DNA of 53,851 nt, filler included, from a bacterium (GTDB taxonomy: Bacteria > JBDRGX01): assembly GCA_043817485.1 (NCBI GenBank). It is 8 parts of 8 records of this genome, joined end to end, with 100 filler letters (N's around TTAATTAATTAA, not from the genome) between each part and the next. Parts side by side here need not be neighbours in the genome. Positions count along the whole stretch, not along the records: positions 10,301 to 25,505 come from JBDRGX010000139.1; 7 more parts are not named here. One strand, 5' to 3'. This document shows, one piece after another, positions 10,462 to 20,721 of the stretch. Positions within the stretch are counted from its first letter, which is position 1. Every line of letters begins with the position of its first letter. Below the pieces are notes generated by a model. That model was not told the origin of the DNA. It did no database searches and was given only the letters and a program-made list of their open reading frames with translations. A program made the position numbers and the translations under genes.

Positions 10462-10749
10462 TTATTTAGCAGCACGAAATTCCTTTTCTATTCTTTCCGT
10501 TAGAAATATTTTCGTTAACGACTGATATGGGATATCCCGTTTATTTGCTAAAACCTTCAAATGTGCTATAAGAAATTCAGGCAATCTAATGGATATGGTT
10601 TTCATAGAAGGTTTTAAATTTGAAAATACTACTTTTTTACCTTTTGAATAATCAATATATTCTGTAGAATCATGTGTTGACCAAAATTCAAATTCTTCTT
10701 CTTCACTTCTAAACTCGGGAATTTTTTTTAAATCATTCATTGATAGCAC
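10462..10749 (-). CDS. BrnA/CopG-like antitoxin
   Basis: IPEFRSEEEEFEFWSTHD, ISIRLP, IPYQSL; overlaps upstream toxin. Confidence 0.85.
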   Translation of the reverse strand: MLSMNDLKKIPEFRSEEEEFEFWSTHDSTEYIDYSKGKKVVFSNLKPSMKTISIRLPEFLIAHLKVLANKRDIPYQSLTKIFLTERIEKEFRAAK

Positions 10750-11024
10750 CTCCTCTCTTTCTTATTCATATCTCTTGCTGAAATAACCCTTATTTTATCA
10801 CCCCTTGCGGTGAATATAACAAAAAGCAAACGATCTTTATCTGTTTTTCCTAAGGCAAAATACCGTTCTTCAAATATTGAATGCATTGTATCCTGCTGAA
10901 CAATAAGCGGCTCTTTGAAAAAAATTTCCTCACATTCAATATGAGTAACCTTATGTTTCTCCCAATTCTTATTTATATTTCCTTCATCCCATTCAAAACC
11001 TTTAATCTGTGAGAATATTTTCAT
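10737..11024 (-). CDS. BrnT-family (DUF497) toxin
   Basis: FEWDEGNINKNWEKH, EERYFALG, IRVISARDM. Confidence 0.9.
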   Translation of the reverse strand: MKIFSQIKGFEWDEGNINKNWEKHKVTHIECEEIFFKEPLIVQQDTMHSIFEERYFALGKTDKDRLLFVIFTARGDKIRVISARDMNKKERRCYQ

Positions 11025-11266
11025 TAAAGATTCCCTCTTATTATATACAAGTATTTTTTTAATTACATCACTCTTTTAGAAACCGTGTCGCAATTAGCAA
11101 CAAAACCGCTTTTTAAAAACAGAATAAGGCAAAATCTAACAAAATCCAAAAATTATTTTGTAAATAATCTTAAAAGTTTTAAAATTGTTGTAAAATTCAA
11201 TATTTCAGTTAAAACCAATTGTTTTTTTATTCAAAAAATAAATCCTTTTAAAAAATATTTTTTACT

Positions 11267-13591
11267 TTATTTTTTTGTTTTTTCATTATTATAGTAATTA
11301 TTATAGTAAAAAAAATGATTGTCAAAATTTATTTTATTAATGATTATCCCTAAACATTTTTTTTGATTATTTGTTAATATTTTTTCAATAGCAAAAACAT
11401 TTTTTTTATTAGATATATTTAAATCTAATACTACAACAAAACCATCTACTTTAGGAATTAAAACAACTGTATCTGTTACTATTGTTGGAGGAGTATCTAA
11501 TAAAACCAAATCAAACTGTTCTTTTGCTTTTTCTAAAAAAATATCCATTTTTTTAGAATTTAACAATTCTGATGGATTTAAAGTAAAAGAACCAGAAGTC
11601 ATTAAAAAAAGATTATTTATTTGTGTTGATTTAACATATTCTGAAATATTTTTTAAAGGATTTAAAAGAAAATCTGTCATTCCATTTTCTCTATTACATT
11701 GAAACATTTTATGTAAAACTGGTTTTCTTAAATCATTATCAACTAAAAGAACTTTTTTATCAATTTGAGCCATTACAATTGCTAAATTAGATATAACTGT
11801 AGATTTTCCTTCTCCTGGAAAAGCACTTGTAAGAAATAAAATTTTTATTTCTTTTCCTAATCTTGAAAATTCAATAGATGTTCGAAAAATTTTATAAAAT
11901 TCACAAATAGAAGAATTGGGGTTGAAATGTGTTATTAATCCTAAATCAAAATTATTGAATTTTTCTTTTTTTATAAAAGGAATTAATCCCATAACTGGCA
12001 ATTTATAAATTTTTTCTATTTCATCAATATTTTTAAAATTATTATTAAAATATTCTTTTATAAATATTATTCCAAAACTGAATAAAAATCCTAATCCTAT
12101 CGCTGTTAAAATATTATTTTTTATTTTAGGTTTTATAGGAATTTTACATTGATTTTCATCTGCGAAATCTACTACTTCAATACCTTCTACTTCTTTATAT
12201 TCTAATATTCTATTTTCTTCTTTTTTTGTTAAAAACATTTTATATGAATTTTCTGTCATTTCTTTTTCTTCTACTAAATTATAATAATCTATTTCATTTT
12301 GTGTTGATAAATTCAAATCTTTTTTATTTTTTTCAATAAAATCATCCATCATTTTTTTCTTATCATCAATAATTTTTAATCTATTTTCCATTTCTATAAT
12401 ATTGCAAAAATTTTTTTGATAAAGTTCATCAGTTATTATAAAAGATTCATCTATTTTTTTAGATATTTCTTTTTCTAAATTATTTTTCATAATATTCATT
12501 TCTTTTTCTATTTTAATCATATCTGAGTGAAAAGGTGTTAAACTTTGTGATTGAACAAAATATTTTACTTCAATTGCTGCTAATTGACTTCTTAATTGCT
12601 GAATTACTGGCACATTTAATATTTCTTTTTTAGTAGTACTTTGTTTATTAACTTCATTTATATATTGTTTAGATTGTTCTAATTTCATAGTTATTTCTTT
12701 TTCTTCAAATTCTAATTTATTTATTTCTGTTTTCAAAGAACTTATTTCTTCAACTAATATTTTTGTATTTTCATTAGGTAAAAACATATTATTGCTTTGC
12801 CTAAATGCTCTTATTTTTTCTAATAAATTACTTAATCTATTTTTCAAAATTTTTATTTGTGTATCAATAAAAATAATTACATTTTTTGTACATTTTTTTT
12901 TATTTATTAAATTTTGGGAAATACATTCTTGAACAAGTGTTTGAATTATTTTTGCTGATTTAAACGGGGTTTCAGCATTTGCTTTTATAATAATTATATT
13001 GCTTTCTTTTAAAGATAAATATTTACTTACTGAAATAGAATTCATAATTAAAGAAATCGTTTTAAAATAATCAAATTCTTTTAAAGAAAATATTTTTTTC
13101 TCTTGGCTTATTTTTTTTATTTCTTTTTCAAAATTTTCATCAGAAAATAATTCTTTTAATTTATTTATAATTTCATTTTTATTATTTTTATCTACAACAA
13201 TTTTTGTTAAAATTATTTGTTGGCTTTTTTCTAATAAATCATTTAAAACAATACTACCTTGCATATTTTTCAAGGATTCTTTAATAACTTCTTCTATTAA
13301 AAGTTTTTGAACTACATTTTTTATCATAAAATAACTTTTTATAGATTCTATTTGATCATATAATGATTCTCTACTTTCTAAATATGAAAATGGTGAATAT
13401 AAAAGATTGTTTTTTAATGAAGGAGTAGAGGAGCTAAAAGTAATTTTTATTTTAGCAAAAGACTGATATACTGGTTTAGTTAAAATACTAAATATAAAAA
13501 CAATAGATATAATTGTAATCATAGATATAATAACAATAAATATTTCTTTTTTAAAAAAATTCCAATATCTTTTAATGTCAAAATGTTTCAT
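11267..13591 (-). CDS. Wzc-like polysaccharide co-polymerase/BY tyrosine kinase
   Basis: two TM segments flanking coiled coil; PGEGKS Walker A, DNDLRKP, DTPP, C-terminal Tyr cluster. Confidence 0.88.
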   Translation of the reverse strand: MKHFDIKRYWNFFKKEIFIVIISMITIISIVFIFSILTKPVYQSFAKIKITFSSSTPSLKNNLLYSPFSYLESRESLYDQIESIKSYFMIKNVVQKLLIEEVIKESLKNMQGSIVLNDLLEKSQQIILTKIVVDKNNKNEIINKLKELFSDENFEKEIKKISQEKKIFSLKEFDYFKTISLIMNSISVSKYLSLKESNIIIIKANAETPFKSAKIIQTLVQECISQNLINKKKCTKNVIIFIDTQIKILKNRLSNLLEKIRAFRQSNNMFLPNENTKILVEEISSLKTEINKLEFEEKEITMKLEQSKQYINEVNKQSTTKKEILNVPVIQQLRSQLAAIEVKYFVQSQSLTPFHSDMIKIEKEMNIMKNNLEKEISKKIDESFIITDELYQKNFCNIIEMENRLKIIDDKKKMMDDFIEKNKKDLNLSTQNEIDYYNLVEEKEMTENSYKMFLTKKEENRILEYKEVEGIEVVDFADENQCKIPIKPKIKNNILTAIGLGFLFSFGIIFIKEYFNNNFKNIDEIEKIYKLPVMGLIPFIKKEKFNNFDLGLITHFNPNSSICEFYKIFRTSIEFSRLGKEIKILFLTSAFPGEGKSTVISNLAIVMAQIDKKVLLVDNDLRKPVLHKMFQCNRENGMTDFLLNPLKNISEYVKSTQINNLFLMTSGSFTLNPSELLNSKKMDIFLEKAKEQFDLVLLDTPPTIVTDTVVLIPKVDGFVVVLDLNISNKKNVFAIEKILTNNQKKCLGIIINKINFDNHFFYYNNYYNNEKTKK

Positions 13592-13606
13592 ATATAACTA
13601 TTCTCC

Positions 13607-14584
13607 TTAATTAGATCTTTCTATAACTTTCAAAGGTAAATTCAACAAAGAATCCTTAAAAATACTTGGTTTTAAAATAGAAATACTTTCTTTTGCATAA
13701 GTAGCATATCTTGAAGCTGTTTTAAAAGCAAAATCTAATGCTTCTTTTCTTTTTAAAGGATTATTATTCCAAAAAGAAATTATTTCTTGATACCTTTTAC
13801 TTTTATCATTAGAAAAAATTTCTTTTGCAAATCTTTTTTTGAAGTAAATAAGTGGTAAAGTTAATTCGCCATTTTCAATATCTAAACCTAAAGTTTTTTT
13901 TACTTTTTTTTCTTGTCCAACAAAATCTAAACAATCATCAATAATTTGAAAAGCAATCCCTAAATTAAATCCATATTCTTTCAAAGCATTTATTTCTTTA
14001 TCTGAAGCATTTACAGCTAATGCACTTGTTTCACAACATGCTGACATTAAAATACCTGTTTTGTTTTTTATTATTTCTAAATATTTTTTTTCTGATAAAT
14101 CTGCATTAAATCTAAATTTTACTTGTAACATTTCTCCACAACAAATAGATGCTACTGTTTCTGATAAAATTTCTAATACTTTTCCTTGAAAATAATTAGA
14201 TAATAAAAAAAATGCTTTTGCAAAAAGATAATCTCCAATCAAAATAGCAATATTATTTCCATATTTTTTATTAACAGATTTTTGTCCTCTTCTTAAAAAA
14301 GCATTATCTATAATATCATCATGAATTAATGTTGCTATGTGTATTATTTCTACTGTAGCAGATAAAGCAATTATTTGTTCTTTTGTTTTACTATCAAGTT
14401 TTTGAGAAACACTTTTAGATGAAAAAAAAACCAAAGATGGTCTAATCATTTTGCCTAAAAAAGAAAAAATGTAATTATTAATATTTTTAACATAAGGTAT
14501 ATCATTTTTAAAGGTATCTTTTATTTTATTTCTTACTTTTTCTAAATCTTGTTCAATTGTAAAAAAATCTTTTTTGTAATTCAA
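13607..14584 (-). CDS. polyprenyl diphosphate synthase
   Basis: GKMIRP, HDDIID...RRG, KTG, FQIIDDCLD. Confidence 0.92.
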   Translation of the reverse strand: MNYKKDFFTIEQDLEKVRNKIKDTFKNDIPYVKNINNYIFSFLGKMIRPSLVFFSSKSVSQKLDSKTKEQIIALSATVEIIHIATLIHDDIIDNAFLRRGQKSVNKKYGNNIAILIGDYLFAKAFFLLSNYFQGKVLEILSETVASICCGEMLQVKFRFNADLSEKKYLEIIKNKTGILMSACCETSALAVNASDKEINALKEYGFNLGIAFQIIDDCLDFVGQEKKVKKTLGLDIENGELTLPLIYFKKRFAKEIFSNDKSKRYQEIISFWNNNPLKRKEALDFAFKTASRYATYAKESISILKPSIFKDSLLNLPLKVIERSN

Positions 14585-14946
14585 AAAAACTCCTTCTTTA
14601 AAAAATATTAAAACAAAACCTTTGTAACTAAGTGCTCTACTTTATTAATTACCTTTATCTGTCTATTTTATATGACATTTTTTTCTTTTGGCAAATTTTT
14701 TAATAGCTTTCTTACATTACTTATTTTACTTGCATATTGAACAAGTTTCTCTATATTATAAATAATTGCTAACATATATTGTCATATCTTATATCATAAT
14801 TGTTAATAAATATCCTTTTGCACATCCAATACTTTTCGCTACAATTCATTAACCAGCAATTACTTTATTTATTCCAACGACCAAATTCATGGCTATAAAG
14901 CGTCAGTAGAATAGTAATTAGGTGTAGCCAATATGGCTTGCATTCA

Positions 14947-17295
14947 TTAAACTCCAATTGATGATGAATATGGTAAAGTTTTTATATAATCTTTCATAAA
15001 CTCCCAATCCGGCTTACCATCTTTATCTACGGGCAGTTTAATATAAAAATTTTGTAAACGTTCTTTTTTTCCAGTCATACCGTAAGAAAAACGAAATTTT
15101 TCCAATTTTAGAACTGTTACAAGGAATAATGCCAAGAATGGAGTTAGAACCTTGTTTCTCACATAAAAGACGTTTGCGTTATCCGAAACCCATACTTTCA
15201 AATCTTGATAAAAAACTTCTCCAATTGACCCATAACAAGCAAAGCTAATACAGTTCTCATCAGTATATCCATTTCCTAAATAATTATCGATTCCATTATT
15301 TAAGGAGGATGAGCTTACATAAGGAATATCCCCATCACTTTGGTCTTTTTTTGTTAACCTTCTTCCTTTTTTGATTTTAAAAATACTGTTATCGGTTCCA
15401 TCATCATATCTAAAATATTTCCAATGCTCTGTATTTAATTTAAGGTTATTATTATCTTTCAAAGGTTCAGTTTTAATAGCAATATCACTATTCTTTTTCA
15501 ATAACTTATAGGCGAGAAATGCCTTGATATTTTCAATAAAATCTTCTCTTGTTAAAGTGGAATAATCTGTTTCCATATATGCTTCTGCACACCACTCATC
15601 ATTTGCAGAAACAAATTTTTTAATGCTGTGTCCTGGTATTTCTTCTTTATTTATATAGTTGTCCAACCAATTTTTCTTGGTAAGATTCCACTTGTGATAA
15701 AAATCTGTTCTCCCAATATTTTTTATTTTAATAAACCCATCTTTTTTCCAATACCCAAAATATGTTTTATAATTTTCAGGATGCTTTTCTTTTGCCTTAA
15801 AAACCATCACACAAGTATTAACTGTAGCATTGGAGTTATGAAATAGTTCGTTTGGCATTGAGAAAACAGCTTCAAGTGTATGCTCTTTTAACAACTTTTC
15901 TTTCAGTTGTTTTTTTATGCCACTTGTTGAGGTGGCACATAGCATAGGAACAATGGAAATAGACAAAGAGCCTTTTTCTATCAATGACAGACTATTTAAT
16001 ATAAAATCAAGTTCTTCATTATCGTTTTTAGTAGCCTTGTATGGAGGATTTAACAAAGCCGCATTGGGCTTGTATGTTTTTATATTTTCAATAACCTCAT
16101 GGTCAAAACAACTTCCCTTAATTAAGTTACTTCTACCGTCTCCATGGATATACATATTGGAACAAGTGAGAGAAAATATACTGTGTTGCAATTCAACACC
16201 AACAATTTGTTTTAATTTTATGTGGTTTTCTTTTTCTAAATCCCCCCCTGCATCAACAATCATTTTTTTCATAGCAGAAATTAGAAAACCACCAGTACCC
16301 GTACAAGTATCTAATACAACACTATCTTTATTGATATTGGCAATTTCAGTAAAAAGTTCTGTGATATGAGGTGGCGTTAGAACTATTCCTAATCCTTTAT
16401 CATTATTTGCATAGCGTAAAAACTCAATGTAAAATTGTCCCAATGTATCGAAATATTTATAGGTTTTGATAAAGTTATTAATTTTCTCATTGACATTTGT
16501 AATAATGTCTTTTAATTCGTTTTCCTTTTTAGCTAAAATAGTATGTGTAGTAATAAAACTATAAGTAGTTACGATGTCATCAATATGCTTATTTTGGACA
16601 TTTGTTAGTTTATTTTTAATAGTATTAATCAGGTTTTCTGATAGTTCTTTCGGATTTTGAAGCTTATATGAATTGCAAAATGCTTTATCTGTAAGAGCAA
16701 TAAGAGAACCACTAATTAATAAACTTCTATTAGATTCTGGTACTTTTAGAGTATGAAGTTTATCATTAAGAGTTTTTGAATATTTTAATAATTCTTGAAA
16801 ATCTTGATTGAATTTTCTTTCATCGGTTTGATAACCATTCAAGTAATCCTCTAATGGTAAAAATTTGTCGTCCTTAAAAACTATATGAGATTGATCAGTA
16901 TTTTTTAATTGTAAAAAATGAGAAATCCTTAAATTGTTTTCTTCTTCTCCGCTAATAGCAATTGATAACACATCAAATTCTTTTGATAAGAAAGAAGAAT
17001 AGAGTAATGCCACATCTACTGCATAATCTTTATATTTGTTTTTGTTATGCGATTCGTGAAATTTTATATCAGCCTTGCATTCAATGACAATAATAAAATC
17101 GGGATTTTCTTTGAATTGAATTATAAACTCAGGATAACCTTTCCCGCTTCTATTTTTAGAAGCATTTCTCAGCAGCTTATCAATTTTTACATTTTTTGAA
17201 GATTGCTCTTCAAAAATAATCTTATTTTCTTGGCAAGACTTGTCTTTAAGGACAAAATTTCTAAAATAATTTTCAGTTATTCTTTCATTTGCCAT
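14947..17295 (-). CDS. Type IIG-like restriction-modification enzyme (nuclease + m6A methyltransferase + target recognition domain; BcgI-like)
   Basis: PEF...ECK nuclease motif, DTCTGTGGFL, NPPY, C-terminal S-subunit-like domain. Confidence 0.85.
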   Translation of the reverse strand: MANERITENYFRNFVLKDKSCQENKIIFEEQSSKNVKIDKLLRNASKNRSGKGYPEFIIQFKENPDFIIVIECKADIKFHESHNKNKYKDYAVDVALLYSSFLSKEFDVLSIAISGEEENNLRISHFLQLKNTDQSHIVFKDDKFLPLEDYLNGYQTDERKFNQDFQELLKYSKTLNDKLHTLKVPESNRSLLISGSLIALTDKAFCNSYKLQNPKELSENLINTIKNKLTNVQNKHIDDIVTTYSFITTHTILAKKENELKDIITNVNEKINNFIKTYKYFDTLGQFYIEFLRYANNDKGLGIVLTPPHITELFTEIANINKDSVVLDTCTGTGGFLISAMKKMIVDAGGDLEKENHIKLKQIVGVELQHSIFSLTCSNMYIHGDGRSNLIKGSCFDHEVIENIKTYKPNAALLNPPYKATKNDNEELDFILNSLSLIEKGSLSISIVPMLCATSTSGIKKQLKEKLLKEHTLEAVFSMPNELFHNSNATVNTCVMVFKAKEKHPENYKTYFGYWKKDGFIKIKNIGRTDFYHKWNLTKKNWLDNYINKEEIPGHSIKKFVSANDEWCAEAYMETDYSTLTREDFIENIKAFLAYKLLKKNSDIAIKTEPLKDNNNLKLNTEHWKYFRYDDGTDNSIFKIKKGRRLTKKDQSDGDIPYVSSSSLNNGIDNYLGNGYTDENCISFACYGSIGEVFYQDLKVWVSDNANVFYVRNKVLTPFLALFLVTVLKLEKFRFSYGMTGKKERLQNFYIKLPVDKDGKPDWEFMKDYIKTLPYSSSIGV

Positions 17296-17360
17296 TTTTA
17301 TATTTTCCCTATATTTTGTTTATTACACATAACCGCATATTATGCTTATTGCAAAATAAT

Positions 17361-18404
17361 TTATATGGTTATTTTTTTACCAGTTTTTGCACTTTCATAA
17401 GCTGCTTTAATAACTTTTAATATTTGCAATCCTTGTTCTATGGTATTTATTTCTGGTTTTTTATTTTCAATAATACATTCTGATAAATATTCTATTTCTG
17501 CAGTATACATATTTTTTGCTTCTTCCATAAAAATTTCTTTTTTTTCTACATTTAAAGACGATTTTTCTTGTTGAGCATCATAAGCACTTGCTTCTGGATT
17601 TATATAAGCACACATTTTACCTGCTGTAATTTGACTAATAGTACCTTCTGCTTGAATACTACCTTTATTCCCATAAATTTCCAATCTATCTTGTCCAGCT
17701 GAATCTGGTACATTGAAAAATGTATCTACTACTCCATGTGCTCCATTTTCAAAACGAAGTAAAGTAGTTGAAGAATCTTCTACTGGATATTTAAAAGTAA
17801 GGGTATTAGTAAAAACCATTACTTCTTTAATTTTACCAACTAAATTTGTTAATAAATTATAACAATGAGAAGCCATATCAATAAGAGCACCACCACCACT
17901 TTTAGATGGATCTTGTCTCCAAGCACCATCTATATCTGGATACCAACAAGAAAGTTGTGCTCGAGCCATTACTATATTTCCTATTTGTTTTTCTTCAAGC
18001 ATTTTTTTAGCTTTTTGATGAAAAGGATGAAACCTCATCATATAACCTTCCATTGCTTTAATATTTTTTTGAGAAACTATTTCACACATTTTTTCAGCTT
18101 CTTCTAAAGTTAAAGATAAAGGTTTTTCAAGCAAAATATGTTTTCCTTGTTTTGCTGCTTTTAAAAATTGCTCGAAATGTAAATAAACTGGAGTTCCAAT
18201 ATAAACTGCATCTACATTAGGATTTTCTAACAAAGCATCTACATTATCATAAACATATTTAACATTATATTCTTTTGCCAATTCATCAATAGAAACAACA
18301 TCCATTAAAGCTATTAATTCTGCATTTTTAGATTGAACTAATCCTGGAATAGTTCTTCTTTTAGCAATACCATTTGCCCCAATTATTCCCCATTTTACTT
18401 TCAT
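17361..18404 (-). CDS. Gfo/Idh/MocA oxidoreductase
   Basis: WGIIGANGIA, HILLEKP, GGGALIDMASH. Confidence 0.9.
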   Translation of the reverse strand: MKVKWGIIGANGIAKRRTIPGLVQSKNAELIALMDVVSIDELAKEYNVKYVYDNVDALLENPNVDAVYIGTPVYLHFEQFLKAAKQGKHILLEKPLSLTLEEAEKMCEIVSQKNIKAMEGYMMRFHPFHQKAKKMLEEKQIGNIVMARAQLSCWYPDIDGAWRQDPSKSGGGALIDMASHCYNLLTNLVGKIKEVMVFTNTLTFKYPVEDSSTTLLRFENGAHGVVDTFFNVPDSAGQDRLEIYGNKGSIQAEGTISQITAGKMCAYINPEASAYDAQQEKSSLNVEKKEIFMEEAKNMYTAEIEYLSECIIENKKPEINTIEQGLQILKVIKAAYESAKTGKKITI

Positions 18405-18428
18405 AGGATCCCCCTTTATTTTATTAAG

Positions 18429-18719
18429 TTATTTTATTTCAACTTCTTGTTCTAAATATTGTTTTAATTCTTGAGATAAAGCTACTTTTTTATCCCAACG
18501 AGCAATAATATTTTCTTTTTCATCTAAAATAATTGTTGTTGGAACATCAATTACTCCAAGCATTGTTCCTTCAACTAAATCATCTATATTTTCCATATCA
18601 TAAAGTTGAATATTAACTTTATTTTGTAAATTCCATTTTTCAATAAATAAATTGTATTTTTTAAAAGCATCTTTACAAACTTGGCAAGTATTTTTTCCAA
18701 AAACTTTTATTTCTAACAT
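18429..18719 (-). CDS. small thioredoxin-fold protein
   Basis: CQVC motif, VPT cis-Pro loop. Confidence 0.7.
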   Translation of the reverse strand: MLEIKVFGKNTCQVCKDAFKKYNLFIEKWNLQNKVNIQLYDMENIDDLVEGTMLGVIDVPTTIILDEKENIIARWDKKVALSQELKQYLEQEVEIK

Positions 18720-18733
18720 TTAAAATTCCTTTT

Positions 18734-19939
18734 TTAATTAATATTTAAAATTTGTGATTTTGTATCTTTAAAATAATTTTTGAAAATAAAAATAATAAAT
18801 AAAATAACAGAAATAAAACTCATAAAAGCACCATAAATAAAAACTATATTTGTATTAAAATTCCATAAAATTCCAGCTATTAAATTTGCTGGTAATACAA
18901 TCAATCCCATTATTGTATAAAACATTCCTAATGAAGTAGCTTTTAATTCTTTTGGACACATATCAGCAATATAAGCTTTTTCATTTCCTTTTATAATCGC
19001 AAAAACTAATCCATATAAACTAAATAAAACTACAAAACCTATTAAAGAATGACAAAATGCAAATCCAAAAGAAACAATGGAAAATAAAAAATACCCTAAA
19101 ATAATTACTTTTTTTCTTCCTATTTTATCAGAAAGAATACCAAAAGGAATTGAAAATATTGCATAAAAAATATTAAATAAAATATATAATAAAATAGGAA
19201 TACTAATAGATAACTTATTTGGGAAAAATTTTTGTGCTTTAAGAATAAAAAACATATAACTAAAATTTGACAAAGTAAATATTCCAGAAACTAACATAAA
19301 TAATTTTAAAGATAAAGAAAAATTTTTAATATCTATTTTAAAAAATATTTTTTTTTCTTCTTTTTTTTTCTCTTTTACAAAAAATAAAGGAATTAAAGTT
19401 AAAAATGAAATAATCGCAGCAATAAGAATAATAAAATTAAAATTAATTTTTAAAAAATAAAATAATAAAAAAGCAACAATTGAACCAAAAATTGCTCCAA
19501 TCGTATCTAAAGTTCTATGAAATCCAAACGCTTTTCCTTTTTGTTGTGGCATTGAATCTGCAATAATTGCATCTCTTGAAGGTTCTCTTATTGCTTTTCC
19601 AATTCTTTCTAATCCAGTAAAAATTAAAACATGAGAACAAGTTTTAGAAAAAGATAAAAACAATTTAAAAATAGATGAATGCAAATAACCAAATAAAACA
19701 AATACTTTTCTTTTTCCTGTTTTATCAGATAAATATCCACAAAAAACTTTTAAAATATCTGCGATACTATCTCTTATTCCTCCAATTAAACCAATAATCA
19801 ATCCTCCACCACCTAATGATGAGATAAACATTGGCAAAATAGACATTATCATTTCACTACTTACATCATTTAAAAAACTAACAATTCCTAATAAAAAAAC
19901 ATTATAACTAATGCTTTTTAAAAAATTATTTTTCACCAT
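18734..19939 (-). CDS. MFS transporter
   Basis: ~12 TM; GYLSDKTGKRK and GILSDKIGRK motif A. Confidence 0.92.
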   Translation of the reverse strand: MVKNNFLKSISYNVFLLGIVSFLNDVSSEMIMSILPMFISSLGGGGLIIGLIGGIRDSIADILKVFCGYLSDKTGKRKVFVLFGYLHSSIFKLFLSFSKTCSHVLIFTGLERIGKAIREPSRDAIIADSMPQQKGKAFGFHRTLDTIGAIFGSIVAFLLFYFLKINFNFIILIAAIISFLTLIPLFFVKEKKKEEKKIFFKIDIKNFSLSLKLFMLVSGIFTLSNFSYMFFILKAQKFFPNKLSISIPILLYILFNIFYAIFSIPFGILSDKIGRKKVIILGYFLFSIVSFGFAFCHSLIGFVVLFSLYGLVFAIIKGNEKAYIADMCPKELKATSLGMFYTIMGLIVLPANLIAGILWNFNTNIVFIYGAFMSFISVILFIIFIFKNYFKDTKSQILNIN

Positions 19940-20057
19940 AATTTCCTTTTATAAACCTAAAATTATTTATAAATTGAAAAAAGTCTAAACATATTTTTTA
20001 ATCTTTGTCAAATATTTAAAAAAAATTGACAATAAAATAAAAATAAATAACTCTTCA

Positions 20058-20089
20058 TAATAGTTATAACATGTAGTTAATAACTATTA
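20058..20089. promoter_or_regulatory. perfect 10-bp inverted repeat; possible operator or recombination site
   Basis: TAATAGTTAT-N12-ATAACTATTA just upstream of the GGAGG RBS of 20111. Confidence 0.4.
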
Positions 20090-20110
20090 AATAAATGGAG
20101 GTAATTTTTT

Positions 20111-20644
20111 ATGAAAAAATTAATTTTAATAGTAATAATGTTTTTAATTCCAATTTTAAGTTATTCTCAAGAAAAAATTTTTACTACTGCTGATGCTGCT
20201 AATATATCAGAGTCAGAGTATAAATATTCTATTGGTGCAGCAGCTGGATTTACAACAGGTACAGGAGTAAGTTTTAGAAAATGGTTTGACAATAAAAAAG
20301 CAGTTCAAATAACCCTTTTACCATTTTTAAACAAAGAAAATTCTACTATAAGTTTAGGACTTACTTATTTACAAAAACTTAAACAAGGAAAAACAACTAA
20401 TTTATTTTTTTATACGGGATATCATTATTTTCAAGTTATAGAAACTTCTTATATTGATGATAAAAATATTCTTAATAAAAAAAATACCTCTATCAATAAC
20501 AATGTTGGAGCAGGTCCTGGTCTTGAAATTAAAATTGATAATATTGTTTTTGATATAATGGTTGGATTTGCAATTTATCATAATAATATAGATAAACTAT
20601 CTCTAGGTCTCACAGGAGAAATTGGTCTTTTTTATAATTTTTAA
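20111..20644 (+). CDS. secreted, probable small outer-membrane beta-barrel protein
   Basis: signal peptide, alternating Gly/aromatic beta strands, terminal YNF. Confidence 0.6.
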   Translation: MKKLILIVIMFLIPILSYSQEKIFTTADAANISESEYKYSIGAAAGFTTGTGVSFRKWFDNKKAVQITLLPFLNKENSTISLGLTYLQKLKQGKTTNLFFYTGYHYFQVIETSYIDDKNILNKKNTSINNNVGAGPGLEIKIDNIVFDIMVGFAIYHNNIDKLSLGLTGEIGLFYNF

Positions 20645-20721
20645 TAATCATTAAATCTAATATTAATTTGCCATCAAAAAAAGTAATTTAAAAAAAATAC
20701 AAAATTCAGAAGTCAAAAAAA

